The notes: generated from the sequence alone by a model not told the origin. DNA of 58,117 nucleotides, filler included, from Dimargaris cristalligena (GCA_003614675.1; 7 parts of 7 records of this genome joined end to end with filler, not necessarily neighbours in it), one strand, 5' to 3'; counted from the first letter of the whole stretch, positions 36,724 through 50,452 are shown. Numbers and translations are program-made.

Positions 36724-39193
36724 TTAGAAATAAACCCCATTTTGGTTGGGTTTCGGGGCTGATTTCTTGGTCGGTTTCTGGCCATCAACCGCCGCCTTAT
36801 TTTTCCCCTTGCCCCTGTTATTACTCTTATCGGTTTTCTCTGCTAAATCCTCATTTCCCTGCTTTAGGTTATTCCGCAGACTGCCGTCGCGAATCTGATT
36901 GGGGTTAAGGCCTAATAACTGGGCCAGGGTCTGGATATGTTCGTGGCCAAAGGCGGCACCGACAGCATTGTCCATTTGATGCTCCTCGTCCTCTTCGTCG
37001 TCAGTATGAGGGTCGGCCTGACCCGGAAACCCCGCCTGGGCCCACACGTTCTTCACCTGGTGGTGTAGCGCATCCCGGATGGCCGTGATTTGATCATTTG
37101 ACCAGCCGGGTCCTTTTGCTTCGTCGCCGACCGCCCCGCCTTGAGCGTGGGGGGAACCATGGTCGCCGTCGGCCACGGGTTGGAAATTGCCGTTCTCATC
37201 CTGAACGTACACCTTAAATTCTTGCATGAGCTGGGAAAGGTCCAAAGGGGCGGCGGCATCAGCTCCGTTGGCCAGGCCCTCGACTTGCTGCTGATCGGGC
37301 CCTGGGGCATGTCCAGCCGGGTGCCGTTCGGGGGCCGGTCCCGGTCGGAGAACCTTGTGGTGCAGGTCGTTCAGGATACTGGCTAGGTGCTTGGTCGATT
37401 GGCCGGGCTGCAGGCGTTCAGTGGCCGTTTTCAACATTTCCAGCTCGTAGCTGAAACCCTGCTCGACAAGCCGCTGCCATACCGTTTGGATAGCTTCAAT
37501 TTCTTCGGTGGTCCAGGCGTGACGGCGGGTCCCCGCCTCACCCGTAGCACTGCCCGCCAAACCCAGTTGTTCCTCGATCCATTTGAGGAAGAGGGTTTGG
37601 GATTCCGGTGGGGTTCCCGTGCGCTGAAGGGGCGTATCGGTGTCTCCCTGGGTATGGAGATTGGCGGGTGAGTCTTGGTCGGGGACATTGCCTTTGGGGT
37701 CCTGGGCCGCTTGGGGGTTTTGAAGGGGGATACTAGTATGTTGCTGCTGGCTGTCGATTTTGGGTCGGTGGAGGGACTGGATATGCTCATCGAACTGGGC
37801 ATCGGATACCACCCGGTGGCAGGTGATTTCGCCGAAAGGTTTCGTGGGCTGAGTAACGAAGGCCGGGTCTTTGCATAGATTAGGGGCGTGGATTACCATC
37901 ACATACATACATACCGCAATCTCATGTACCGAGGCGATATGGGGGGCGTCCTCGGGGGTACAGTGGAATTGAATCTGCACGGTCCGGGGTTTACCCGTCA
38001 CATCGCAGATGGTGCCACCGCTCCACTCCTGGGTCAGGAACTGGGAATTATCGGTAGAGTGCAGGGAGGTGAAAGAAACGTCGGTGGTACCGGCTTGGGC
38101 CCGCTGGGAGCCCCAGCCCCGGTCCCGCTTTTGGGCGAGACTGCCGTGGTCAGGCGGAGTAGTTAGACTGCGGACCCGGTGGTTATACTGGCCTAGTACG
38201 TAATCAAAATTCATGTTGGGTATGTTGGGGGAGGCCTCGGCGTTGGAGTACCGGAATTGCCGAACATGACCTTGCGGGCAGTATTCGTAGGTCCACCAAC
38301 CCTGGAAATAGGATAGGCATTCGGATGGGGACTGGGTTTCGCTTATCAGCCGCAGGCCCCGCTCCACCTGCGATCGCTCGTCCATGGGCATATAGGTATC
38401 CCAAGTAGACTGGCCGTCGGATGGGGGGGAGGATGTTGATGAACCCGACGGGTGGAAGGATGTCAAGAATAGGGGAGTTCCGTCCGCTGCTACGGGTTCA
38501 GGGGGTTCGGGGAAAGTGGCCTGGGGGGCAAAGCAAATGTAAGTGGTATCGGAGGTCAGTTGCATGGCGACGGGTTCATACCAGGGTGAAATATCGGATG
38601 ATGTATGCTTAGTTTCGAACGGGTCCACCGGGAGGGAAAAGAGCTGGGAGAGAAAAAGGATAGGGGGGATTGAATATATAAAGCAAGCATCAGTACCAGA
38701 TCAAGGCGCATATAGACCGTTGGAATTAGGCGGTGACCTAAGTGCATACATCATCCACCGAGTTAGTAGGGGCCTGGTGAACCGACAGAGGGCGGCGGGG
38801 CATATATGTAGAATGAACGACCGGACCATACATGTAGTATACACAACCAGACCCTCCACGATGAACGTATCGTATAGACAATACAGACCCTCGCGAATGG
38901 GAGGGTACTCTCTATAAATATCAACATACCTGTTCCAAGTCCTCGGACCAGTCCCGCATGCGCTGGAGGTGGGAATAATGAACGATTGGCTGTTGCAATA
39001 CCACTTGAGCCCGCGAGGAACTCAGGAGCTGGTGGTCATCCACCACTTCGAATGGGGGTTTCGCCAGTATGTCATCGTACACTGCCTGACGAACGGCGGG
39101 GGTCCAGGCCTTCGCGGCGGGTGCCCAGACCAAGCATAGGGATAGGGCAGTGAGGCCATAGAAGACAAAATAAGCCGAATTGACTCGGGACAT
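36724..39193 (-). CDS. YOS9: ERAD lectin Yos9/OS-9 (MRH domain); exons 39193-38930 and 38643-36724
   Basis: Signal peptide, then YDDILAKPPFEV. MRH motifs CLSYFQGWWTYEYC...VRQF, QEWSGGTICDVTGKPRTVQIQFHC and EIAVCMYVMVIHAPNLC. Phase-0 intron. Confidence 0.9.
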
Positions 39194-41118
39194 AATGCCG
39201 TCCGGGAGGAAGAGGAATGGTAGTTGTTGGGGAATGAAACAAGCAACTGGTAGAGAAATAGAAGTGGAGTGGAAATGGAGGAGAAGTCAACCCCAATGGA
39301 GAAAACAATAGGGCGAAGGTATCAGATGAGATGGACGGGTAGGACCAGGCAGGTGCAGTGGTAGGAGGGTGGGTGGTCGAGCCAACCAATGGAAGTGTGA
39401 GAAATGCTTCAATGAGCTAAAGAAGGGAGATGGAGCTGTAGTGCTTAGTAAAGAAAAAGCCAAGTCGGCATGCGGGAGAGTAAGAGATAGTAGAGGTGGG
39501 TGGAGAAGGGTGGGACTCGTCTTTCTTTGTCCCTTCCTCCTATAACCAACCCCTCTCTGCAAGGCCTTGGCCAGAGTCAACCTAGCTTTGGTGCTGTGGA
39601 CTAGTCAGTGTAGAGTAGGCCCCGCTATTAGGCGAGTCTAGTCCTAAATAGTAGTAGTTACGTGTCGCATGGCAAGGCGTGTCTCTCCAGCTCCTCTCTA
39701 GGCCATTGTAGTACTAGGTAAGGGATGTGTGCCACTTATTGCCTATACTTGCCATCCCAATTTAAATGAAATTATACCCAGGGAAAATAAAGGGATGTCT
39801 AATGAAAGGCAAGCGGCCTCCTATTACTATCTTTGAATTTGAGCTACGATCTAGCGGACGATAAACTGAGCAACCGAGCGCCGCTGGTTGTGGATAGTGG
39901 AGAGAAGGCACGGAGAAAGCATCGTGGGTTCGTTTAATTTCCAAACAAAACCCGTGGTGGCAGTTCCGCATTTGGATGCCCCCTTTTAATGGAGCCATTA
40001 CGTGGGCGATCCCGCACAATAGCCCGCAATAGTACAAGCTCCCTGTGAACGAGCCGACTACATTTGGGTTCTCTTTGGGCTAGTATTATCCATTAGCCAC
40101 TAATCTCGAATAATAATACAGGGGGATCGTACGGTTCGTTATTATCCGGTTAAACCATATGGACTGATGCAAAAAAAATGAAGCAAATGAATTGACACAG
40201 CTGACTGAGGGACAGTTGGTCAGGGCTCATAAAACTATGCAAGGTTTCAATTATGGGGCTGCTTTTGGTGAGTGCAAGTGTTTTCAGATATATATGGTAG
40301 TTCCGACTAAAGTGTTCGGAGAAGCTCAACGAGTAATTGCTAGTAGCTTTTACCAAAATTGGTTAGGCCTCGAATGGGCCGGCAAGGCCCAGTGGCATGT
40401 CCCCGGTACGGATACCTGGCTATTAGCTGCCGGTGACTGGCCTTTAGCCCCCACAGCAAAAATGCCGATTAACATAACATAAACCAATTGCCTTGGCAAA
40501 CTAGATAGTAAAGTGTGTGGCCATGGTATGTTCACAATTAAGGAAAAATTAGATAACGCTGACACGCCCTAAATATTCTACAAATCACATTGGCCGTCCA
40601 TGGCTTCCAGTTTGGGCTGATCTGGGAAACGGTAAAATTACTTGCGGACAGTAAGTATAACAGGAAATAAATGAAAGATCACAAACCTCTCCACCATCTC
40701 TAACCCTAAAGGCACTGGGCCCTGAGGAGTATTGCCCAGGCTGGGCTGTCACTCCTTGTTTAAGGAAGAATCCGCCTTCTCCCACGACCCTTCATTTGAT
40801 TAATTATTGTGCCTCTATATCAATAGATTTAATGTCTTCCCAGCCTCTTGGCTTACTGCATCAGCTACTTTTTTAAAAGGAAAAACAGAGACCCGCTGCT
40901 CTGTATAAGTCTGCGAAGTCATGTGTGATACCGATGTTTCACCTGGGTCTATAGTAAAGTAGAATATAATAGTGTGCATAGATATTTGTATGGAGAAATC
41001 CCGCCTATTCATATGACCCTCTAACTGGTATTGATGGTCACTCTAAGGCCCTTCTTCCTCTTTTTCCCAATGTCACTTTTTCTTATTCCTCCCTGTGTAT
41101 TTTATTGGAATTGCCGCC

Positions 41119-41548
41119 ATGTCTTTGTTCGTTCCTTCCAATTCAAGTGAGTGACTTTCAACCACCCCGATCCCCCAAGTCTTACCTTCGTGCTTAGGAG
41201 GGCCCATTCAGGTCCCAAGGCATGGTGTGCCGCAATCACCCACCCAACGCCATCTACTAACCCTCTACCCCCCTATATATCCCCTCTTTCTGTGGCCCTG
41301 GTACCATTGCTACTATCCTTATCCCCCTAATCCTCTACCGCCAGCGTCGCCCGCCAACCGTCGTGCCCGTAGCTCATTACTACGCCAGACTTCGGAAAGC
41401 TCAAGTCTCCTAGCCAAGTCGGTCCACTTCAGCCCCGAAACGGTTTCGATTATGCGCGCCGAATCTGAGTCCAGCGGGAACCACCGGCTGCCGCGCTTAG
41501 TAAGCCGCGGAGGAGGAGGAGGAGGACTAACCCTAGCCGAAATGGCCG
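41119..41548 (+). CDS. Hypothetical protein, 5' part; exons 41119-41146 and 41345->41548
   Basis: GCCGCCATG context. A GTGAGT...CTAAT...CAG intron joins in frame to give MSLFVPSNSTSPANRRARSSLLRQ..., open to the contig end. Confidence 0.5.
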
Positions 41549-41648
41549 NNNNNNNNNNNNNNNNNNNNNNNNNNNNNNNNNNNNNNNNNNNNTTAATTAA
41601 TTAANNNNNNNNNNNNNNNNNNNNNNNNNNNNNNNNNNNNNNNNNNNN
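41549..41648. other. Artificial contig spacer
   Basis: N44-TTAATTAATTAA-N44. Confidence 0.98.
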
Positions 41649-41650
41649 AC

Positions 41651-43426
41651 AATTTGGGCTATTTAGACCGCGCCTACGCCTACGCCGAACGTTGCGACCA
41701 ACCCGTAGTGTGGAGTAAGCTGGCTAAGTCCCAATTGGACGCCCTTCGCATTAAGGAGTCCATTGCCTCCTACATTCGGGCAAACGACCCCAGCCAATAC
41801 GGTGAAGTAATTGATGTCGCTAGCCGGGCGGGTAAGTACGACGAATTGATCGATTTCCTGCAAATGGCCCGCCCCCAGATTCGCGAACCCGTGATTGAAA
41901 GCGAGTTGATGGTGGCCTATGCCAAGACCGGTCGCCTGGCTGATCTGGAGGACCTGCTCAACGGACCCAATATCGCCCAAGTCCAATGGGTGGGTGACCG
42001 TTGCTACGACGAAGGCCTATTTGAGGCTGCCAAACTTCTTTTTACCAATGTATCCAACTGGTCCCGTTTGGCCACCACCCTAGTTAAATTGCACGATTAC
42101 CAGGGTGCGGTGGACTGCGCGCGCAAGGCCAACAGCACCCAGGTGTGGAAGGAAGTCAACGCCACTTGCATCGAAGAGGGAGAATTCCGCCTGGCCCAGA
42201 TTTGCGGTCTGCATTTGGTGGTGCACGCCGACGAACTCGAGGGCCTGATCCGGACTTACGAGTCGCTGGGCCACATCGACCAGCTCCTGCAGCTCCTCGA
42301 AAACGGCCTGGGGTTGGAACGGGCCCATATGGGTATGTTCACGGAATTGGCTATTCTCTACGCCAAATACAAGCCGGAGCGCATTATGGACCACCTCAAA
42401 CTGTACTGGTCTCGTGTCAACATCCCCAAGGTCATTAAGGCCTGCCAGGAATTCCACTACTGGCCCGAGCTCGTGTTTTTGTACGTGCACTACGATGAAT
42501 TCGACAATGCCGTACTTAATATGATGGAGCACGCCGCCGATGCTTGGGAACACGCTAGCTTCAAGGATATTATCGTCAAGGTGAGCAACGTGGAGCTCTA
42601 CTATAAGGCTCTCCGCTTCTACCTGACCGAACATCCCCTGATGGTCAACGATCTCTTGGCGGTGCTCACGCCCCGCATTGACCATACCCGCGTAGTCCAA
42701 ATGTTCCTCAAATCGGACAATATCCCACTTATCAAACCCTATCTCGTTACTGTCTTGGATACCAACACCCGAGCTGTTAATGAGGCCCACCATGACCTAC
42801 TCATCGAAGAGGAGGACTACCACGGTCTCCGGGGCGTGATTGACCAGCACGATAACTTCGATGCCATTGCCCTGGCCCAGCGCCTCGAGAAACACGAGTT
42901 ATTGGAATTCCGCCGGATCGCGGCCCACTTGTACAAGCGTAACCGTCGCTGGAAGCAGTCGCTGGCCCTGTCCAAAAAGGATGAGTTATATAAGGACGCC
43001 ATGGAGACGGCCCGGGAGTCAGCCAATACTGACATTGCCGAAGACCTACTCCGTTACTTCGTCGATGGCGACCATCGTGAGTGCTTTGCCGCCTGCTTAT
43101 ACACCTGTTACGATCTGCTCCGGCCGGACGTGGTCCTGGAGTTGGCCTGGCGGCATCCTGGGTACATGGACTTCGCTATGCCCCTTGTGATTCAATTGAC
43201 CCGCGAATACCTGGGCAAGGTGGACCGTATGGATCAGCAGCTCCGTGAAGTAACCGAAAAGATGAGCAAGCTGGAAGCCGGTGGCCTCAGCCAGGATGGT
43301 CCCATTATTCAGCCAGGCACTTTCGGCAGTAGCTTGATGATTACCGCTGGCCCTGGCACTGCCGGAACCGGTGGCGGCTACCCAGGCAGTCAGCCTCCCT
43401 ACCCCGGCTCTTACCCATCGTATTAA
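41651..43426 (+). CDS. CHC1: Clathrin heavy chain, C-terminal part (5'-truncated)
   Basis: [49 protein letters not shown] and [25 protein letters not shown] are strongly conserved clathrin motifs. Confidence 0.97.
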   Translation, partial: NLGYLDRAYAYAERCDQPVVWSKLAKSQLDALRIKESIASYIRANDPSQYGEVIDVASRAGKYDELIDFLQMARPQIREPVIESELMVAYAKTGRLADLEDLLNGPNIAQVQWVGDRCYDEGLFEAAKLLFTNVSNWSRLATTLVKLHDYQGAVDCARKANSTQVWKEVNATCIEEGEFRLAQICGLHLVVHADELEGLIRTYESLGHIDQLLQLLENGLGLERAHMGMFTELAILYAKYKPERIMDHLKLYWSRVNIPKVIKACQEFHYWPELVFLYVHYDEFDNAVLNMMEHAADAWEHASFKDIIVKVSNVELYYKALRFYLTEHPLMVNDLLAVLTPRIDHTRVVQMFLKSDNIPLIKPYLVTVLDTNTRAVNEAHHDLLIEEEDYHGLRGVIDQHDNFDAIALAQRLEKHELLEFRRIAAHLYKRNRRWKQSLALSKKDELYKDAMETARESANTDIAEDLLRYFVDGDHRECFAACLYTCYDLLRPDVVLELAWRHPGYMDFAMPLVIQLTREYLGKVDRMDQQLREVTEKMSKLEAGGLSQDGPIIQPGTFGSSLMITAGPGTAGTGGGYPGSQPPYPGSYPSY

Positions 43427-46400
43427 AGATAAGATGTCGTCCTTTTTTTTAAATATCAAACTTGCCCATTTATTATGATTTACACATATATATATACTTA
43501 TATACTTATAGTGGTATATCCCCAAAATCCAAATATGACAATCTGTCTTTATGCTAAGCATTGGGGACGGGCCGTACTTGATTCGTGATTTATTTTTATT
43601 TTTGCAGTTCAGATTCGCTACTGTTTTACCAAGTATAAATAAATGAATGGTGAAACACTAAGGTGATTTATGAGAGACCAGCTAGCTCAATCACGTCGTT
43701 GGCAAATGTTCAGGTTAATGAGGGTGGTGGTAGTGGTAGTGACAGCGGGTAACCTGGTAATTGTTCGACCATGTCCATAGTAAAACTTGAGTGATGTTTA
43801 AGGGCATTCGATTTCCGACTTGGACGAATGGCCCGAAAAGAAGCGGCTTTACGGCCATCATTCTAACAAAACAGTACAAGGCGATTGCAGAGACAGTTGA
43901 CTACTATGGGCTTCGGTAACGCCGCGATATTAGCCATCACTTGATACAGGATTGGTTCAATCGGACCGCGTAGCGAGAACTCCGATTGTTGGGGTGATGA
44001 TATGGATGGTAATATATATTGCCCGCCCATTTTACCATACGTATATCACTGACAACTGTACGCAATTGGGTTGAATTTCACCTGTACAATAATAGCAATA
44101 GAATTGTGCTATGGAAGTGGCCTGTAATGTTTTTTCAGGTTAAGAACACTGACCAAGTCCTCCTGGGAATTAAGATTGAATTGTTCTAAGCTGGACTTAG
44201 TACCGTCTTCATGTAGCCATTTCACCTTTGGATTTATACTATTATCTAGCAAATACCCGCCTGTTACCCAACCATCAGCCTCGTAAGTACCCCACGGTCT
44301 AGGAAGACGATAAGGCTGTAACCTGACAAAACAGGGCGACTTCTACCCAGTTAATTGAATCCACCGATGTTTACCAGCAATCCAATTCTGATGGATACAT
44401 CAAGAGTTATAATTACTGCGATGGTGCAAAAATTACATTGGGATACCAGCTTACTATCCCATTTATGAAGGCTTAGTGCAGCTACTAGACCACGAACCAT
44501 TTGGGCCCATCATTTCCCATCCCAATGTCCGCTGGTACCAAAGCAAACCGCCAGTGACTTAATTTACATGGTCTATCCTAATTGTAACTTGAATAATTTC
44601 CCGGAATTCCCGGACCACCTATTGTTATTTCTAATCAACCACTCAGGGTCAAAAGGTATCATCTTTTCCCTTAGGAGCGTGGCATTTGGCCGGAACTATG
44701 CTATACTTCGACGGCGACCATTTGATCGGTGGTTAAACGTGTTTGGTAGAGTTTGGCGGGAGTCATCAGTGGTGCATTACAACTGCCAACAGGCGAGCTC
44801 ATCTCCCCATATATGGCATACAGCAGTTAACAATGAAGGGTCTAGCCGGTTTGCCCGGTATGTCAGGCATACGGTACCTTACCTAACATACGGCCTAAAA
44901 CGTATTTTTACCTAGTATACTAAGCAGGTATAAAATAAGCGGTATATAAATGGCCTATTTATTATGAACCCAATATGGTTAAAAAACTAAGGAGGGTCAA
45001 TACCTGATTCAAAGCCGCTAATAGGCTCTTCCGCGGTTAGGGTAAGGGATAAGAAACAAACGGTTCAAGAAGGAAAAGTGGCCACTTTCTTCCAAGAATT
45101 AGTCTCTGGAGATTTTTTTAATATACACTGCCCATGGTCATTAAATTCTATAAGGGTATCCCATATAGCCTTGTCGGATTTTTCTGCATGGATTATTAAG
45201 CTTAACCATACTGTCATTAGCTAATGCGGGCCTATTAATCGACATTTTCTTTACACATTGCATAAGCTGAAATCCGGCGCCCTTGAGCTTGGGATATATT
45301 TACCAATATAAGCCCCAGGTATTTGTAAACGGGTAAGTATAAGGGTTAGCGAAAATCTGGCGCAAGAAAATAATCCATTTTACCGTCGGATGTTTCAATA
45401 GGGCAAATAGGTTAACCTCGGCAGATTATTCTAAGATAATAATAAAGGAAGGATCCTGCCATCCTACTAGTTGTTAAATTAACCCTGGCATTGGTTGATT
45501 AGATCATTGCACTAGTATACATTAATCATATGTCAAGATAGCTAAGATTTAAAAAGGGGGTGCCATACGCCTGGGGGGGGGGAGGTACTAGAAGCCTGAC
45601 ACCGGCGGCCGATTGGGCCTTCCATTCTAAATTATTATATATTGTGTAGAGCAGTACAATTTGTAGTTCTAAAGAAAAATATGGCATTATTAGCAGCTAC
45701 TGTATTCCGTATTATTGGGGCGTGGACCTAGAAATCCTACCTTAAGGGCCTGCTCTAATGTTCACAGCTCACGTTCGGCTATAAAAATACCACACATCAG
45801 GTATTAAGCCCGGTCGATTTGTCCATATAAAAGTCCGTATGAATCATCGATTTCCCCAAAAGGGAATACCTGCCTTTGTAGATTATATATAACCCTATTT
45901 GAATTTAGTGACAAGTACTGGAGAGGTGATTTGTGAAATGGAAACGGTACTATCCCCGTGGGCAACATCCCAATCCGGCCAAATCTTATTGTTGGCGCTC
46001 TATTATTTAACCCACGAATCAATTTACAATGACCAAGTGTACAGGCATCGCAAATGGAAACCTAGTTAATGGTACGCAATCCAATAGTGACATTTACTCC
46101 TAGATATGCAAAAAGCCCGACCAGTGTAGGGTGGGAGTGATACTCTAGACGATACTGCCTCGTCCACACGACAAACCATGGCTGAGCATTGATAAAGCTG
46201 TCACCAAGTCACACAGCACAAAGGGCTATACAATCAAGTTCATTTTTCAGATGAGGTCTGTCAGCTGGAAAGCCCTCTATTTGAATGAAATCCGGCACAG
46301 ATGTCTATATCCGAAAATTTTACCATCAACTATATTGTGAAGATCATTTCATTGAAATATCATATCTTCAAATGACTGCGGTATAGAACCATGTGAAACA

Positions 46401-49091
46401 GACCTAAGCCATACCCATCCCTTCACAGAAAGGCATAATGGCCTAGGCCTCGTATTGGATAATCGACCAGAGAAGTAAAGGGAAAGGTCGGGTATTGATG
46501 CATTCGTTAATAGCCACGTGCTTTCGATAAGATTGAAACAAGTACAGTCGGATGTAATAAACGACCAGCCAATTCATTTCCTAAGTCAACAGTAGGGCAA
46601 GAACCGAAAATCGGGTTCAAAGTAGGCATGGTGGGCTAATAAAACCCCCGCAGGGGACTAGACTATATGGAGCCTGGAGGTATTGGTGCTTCATTTATTC
46701 CTATTACCGGCGCCTCTTTATAATACAAAGAAATTATCCATGTAATGAATATTCAGCTTGGCCTAATTAGGCCAATTTTTGGACAGCCGAATGGCCGAAT
46801 ATGTTGAATATGAGGGATCTGGTGGTGTCCACCCACATACAGCGTAACAATGGTCCCCTTAGACATACTATTATTCAGCATTCAATGCACTATTCCAGCG
46901 GGGGGATCTTAATTTCCATTAGTCGACAGTGGTGGCAAGTAAGTGTGAAGGTTCAGAAAGGTCACAAGTTGACCATCAAGCTTTATGGTTTTCTTTATTT
47001 AAATAGTGCAGGATTATAGCCCATCAGTGGGGAATTATAAATGCCCGCCAGCCGGCCATACTAGCTTAAAATCATCGATCGTCTTTATAATAGTACTACC
47101 ATGGCAAATATTACAAAATCGATATTTAAAACTATTAATAAGTGGCTCCGGGTCTTTCGGGATTACCCGACCCATGACCCTCGATACAAGGAAGATGAGG
47201 GCCATCCGCCGAATGGTTCTCATGACTGGTAAGTAATAATTTTTATATGCTTATATATTTTGTGTCTATAAATCGTTTCTAAGGAAGTGTGAGTTGTCAC
47301 TGCTTTTATAGTTCAGCTGTGATATATATTATTTCCATGTTTGTCCCCTTTATATTGTAATAATATTATGCTGCATTGGTATGTGGCGCTATATTATTTT
47401 CAGTAAAGGATTAGGATAATGGATAAAACAATGTGGCGACTCTTAGATGAAATTCCGCCACGATGACTAAATGGGCTTCCTTCTGCTTTAATAACACATT
47501 TCGCGGGCCTCGTAAAACAGGAGACAATTACATCATTTTTTTAATATACTAAGCACATTAAAACCGTATTATTAATCTAAATACCCTCTTACAATCATAT
47601 AGAACGATCTCATTCCTAGGAGGGTAGCGTGTGCCTTTTTAGGATTGGGATAAGACCCACCAGACCCTGGGGTCCGAATAGCCCTCCCCATATGCCCAAA
47701 CGACTACAGCCCCATACCAACTATCCCCTCACAAATTGGCCTTTACTCGCCAGGTTGGCCATACAATGGTAACATAGTACATCTTCCTACCTATCGCCAA
47801 CAACTTTTATTAAGTGCTTTTTATCAAGCCCACAATCGGGTACTTAATATACATACCACATGGCAAAGTATTCTAGAGCTTTCAACAATCATGCTCCTTT
47901 GCCTACCAATTATATCACCTTTTCTTCACATAATCTGTCATTTAATAGGGATTTTCTTGAGCCATTTCCTGTTTAAATCATTATAGATATTTTTTTTCCC
48001 GAGGAACTTTACCCATTCGTTTTCTTTGTCATTTTTATTATATCATCAATGTCTTGCTTAAGCTACTTTATTCCCATATTTTTATGTCATATAATTTTTT
48101 TAAAAAATAAATCCAAAGTAATTTAGTGCTGCTGTTAATGCCGAACCTACTGCGGCACTGGTAATGGACCAAGGAGGACAAGGTGACGCACATACAGCCA
48201 GGGTGGAACCCCCTCCATTTGGGAACGACTCCCCCCAGAGGAGAGCCTGACATTACTGCGGCCACAACATCCTGACTTGGCCTATGTATATTCTCCAATA
48301 TAAAAAGGAAGGAATAGTCCGCCAAGGCAGAGCTCCTTAGATGACTATCAACCCCACTTGCCTATTAATTATACAAACACCAGTATCTTTATTACCACCT
48401 ATTTACTTCATCCATATAATATATCTAAGTTATTTAAAACCACTATAGCTATAGTCCGCTCATAAAATTCACTACTTAACACCACCATATACTAAGTTGT
48501 ATAGAACCATTAGATAATATTCAGTAAGACGGGGTCTCTTTCTTTTGGGACAGCCATATAGAATGAATATTATCTAATAAATCTAGTCTGCTGTTGTTTG
48601 GGATCTGGTCTCATGCTGTTGGACTTTGGAGTTTGGGAAGTGGTGATAAATCCTCTATCAACATGTTCCAAAGATGCAGAGGATGATCCCCTAGTTGCAG
48701 AAAACAGGGGACACACCAAGCCAGATATGTCAGCCATTGAGGCAGACATAAGCTAACACACAAGATCAAATCAAAAATAAGAGACATAAAAACAGGCAAT
48801 TATATATTACTGTAAAAATGATATTACAATAGCCCAGAAATACTTAAAGAGGGGATAGTTAAGAGTAATTAAGGGGGGAGACAGGAATATATTACCTAGG
48901 CTAACTACTCTTAGTTCATTAAGAGTCCTAAGGATAGGCTTCTAATGGTAGATGGGGTTTAGGCTTGGCTAAGCAGGTCCTAGCATTAGGTTGGGGGCAT
49001 AGTATAAACTAATAAAGGCTATTGAATGTAGGTATAAGCAAGGGATGTGCAGTGAGTATACTTACTAGTCAATATGAGGGGGTGGGTATAT

Positions 49092-49234
49092 ATATGGGTG
49101 AAATTCATACCAGCTGTATGAGGTTTTACATAATATATGTATGGGTAAATATATGTGAGAATAACTTTTAACCAGTAGTATTGGACTCGTCTAATGGATT
49201 TTTCATTATATAATCTAAATGAACTTCTCCCATA
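49092..49234 (+). mobile_element. MITE, full copy
   Basis: ATATGGGTGAAATTCA...TGAACTTCTCCCATA; close to the copies at 26422 and 57215. Confidence 0.85.
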
Positions 49235-49269
49235 CAGTTTATTGGGATAAACTAGGGGATTGTTAGCCC

Positions 49270-49728
49270 TCCTAATCCAACCTAAATCTGGACTTAACAA
49301 TCATCCACCCCTATTAGGCCTTATAGTGCCATATTTACCATCCCATAGTCACCTCCAGTATTATGGGATCCTCCTATATCATATAACCCTTCCCTTCTTA
49401 GACTGCAGAGTTCCATCATTCACTCCTAGGCTGATCTAATGACTCTTCCAGTTCCCAGCTGAGTCTTCCATGCCCCTACACTATCCAGTTAGCTAGTCTA
49501 TCTATTATTAGTCTTAGTAGTACTTTCCTTCAGGGACCTCCCTTTGGAGTAGTCTCCCACATATATATAACCAGCCCCCACTGGGACTGGTTAGATTCTT
49601 TAGTTTATGATTCCCCAGGTTTACCTCAATAAACTATATATGCTCACTGTAAAGAACTGAACTCAAATCCTTGAAAACTGAACGTTATTCAAAAAGATAG
49701 GTGATAAAAGGGAAAGGTAATGATAGAC
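49270..49728 (+). repeat. Degenerate CpG-depleted dispersed repeat, copy 1
   Basis: Collinear blocks shared with 57527-58117: AGGCCTTATAGT, CCCATAGTCA..CAGTA.TATGGGA, GGACCTCCCT.TGGAGT, GTAAAGAACTGAA.TCAAATCCTT.AAAACTGAAC and AAAAGGGAAAGGTAATGATAGAC. Confidence 0.8.
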
Positions 49729-49855
49729 TTGCTGTTCCAAGAGGTGGCAGTAAGTGGGAGTATTTATACTCGAAAGAGGAAGCCTAAATAAAAAGATAGA
49801 TGGATAATAGAGAAAGGGAGAGAAGGTCCCAGAATATTGGATGACTAAGTAGAGG

Positions 49856-49955
49856 NNNNNNNNNNNNNNNNNNNNNNNNNNNNNNNNNNNNNNNNNNNNT
49901 TAATTAATTAANNNNNNNNNNNNNNNNNNNNNNNNNNNNNNNNNNNNNNNNNNNN
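49856..49955. other. Artificial contig spacer
   Basis: N44-TTAATTAATTAA-N44. Confidence 0.98.
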
Positions 49956-49957
49956 CT

Positions 49958-50452
49958 GAAGTCACCCGGGCGGTGGCCTACGTAGCTAAAGACCCCCTCG
50001 TACGTCAGATCATTTTACAGCGACAGCGAGTAATGGCTGGCGTAGCCCCATCCCAGCAGTCCACTTCCCCATCGCATTCGACGGTGGACCTGGTGATTGA
50101 TGGTCGTGATGTTGGTACCTCTGTATTCCCGGAGGCCGAACTTAAGATTTATTTAGACGCGGATGCTACGGTGCGAGCCCGGCGCCGTTTCGATCAGCTG
50201 ACTCAACAGCGACCGGGGCCAGAAGTCGCACCAACGCCCTCTATTCAGTTTGACGAAGTGCTGGAGGATATTAAACAGCGTGATCTGGCCGATTTTACAC
50301 GGAAACATTCCCCCCTTCGCCGAGCCTCTGACGCGATTTTGATCGATTCGACCGGACTAACGTTTGCTGAGCAAGTCCAAAAAATTACGGATCTGGTTCG
50401 GGAACGGTACTCCCTCCCCAACGAGAAGCATAACGTGACTAAATCCCAATGA
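49958..50452 (+). CDS. cmk: Bacterial-type cytidylate kinase, C-terminal part (5'-truncated)
   Basis: VIDGRDVGTSVFPEAELKIYLDADATVRARRR and DIKQRDLADFTRKHSPLRRASDAILIDSTGL match the Cmk signature (DGRDIGTVVFP.A..KIFL.A; RD..D..R..SPL..A.DA..IDST). Confidence 0.9.
   Translation, partial: EVTRAVAYVAKDPLVRQIILQRQRVMAGVAPSQQSTSPSHSTVDLVIDGRDVGTSVFPEAELKIYLDADATVRARRRFDQLTQQRPGPEVAPTPSIQFDEVLEDIKQRDLADFTRKHSPLRRASDAILIDSTGLTFAEQVQKITDLVRERYSLPNEKHNVTKSQ

Noticed and set aside
45240..45420. Minus-strand YKYLG (LINE RT-like) or APD/TWG (kinase-like) fragments
   Set aside because: Only short motifs among stops and frameshifts; cannot be assigned without a profile search.
8249..49955. Regularly spaced TTAATTAATTAA motif about every 8.3 kb
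   Set aside because: It is an artificial linker inside N runs. Contigs are sorted by length, so adjacency across spacers (e.g. ERAD genes DOA10 and YOS9 in one window) has no biological meaning.
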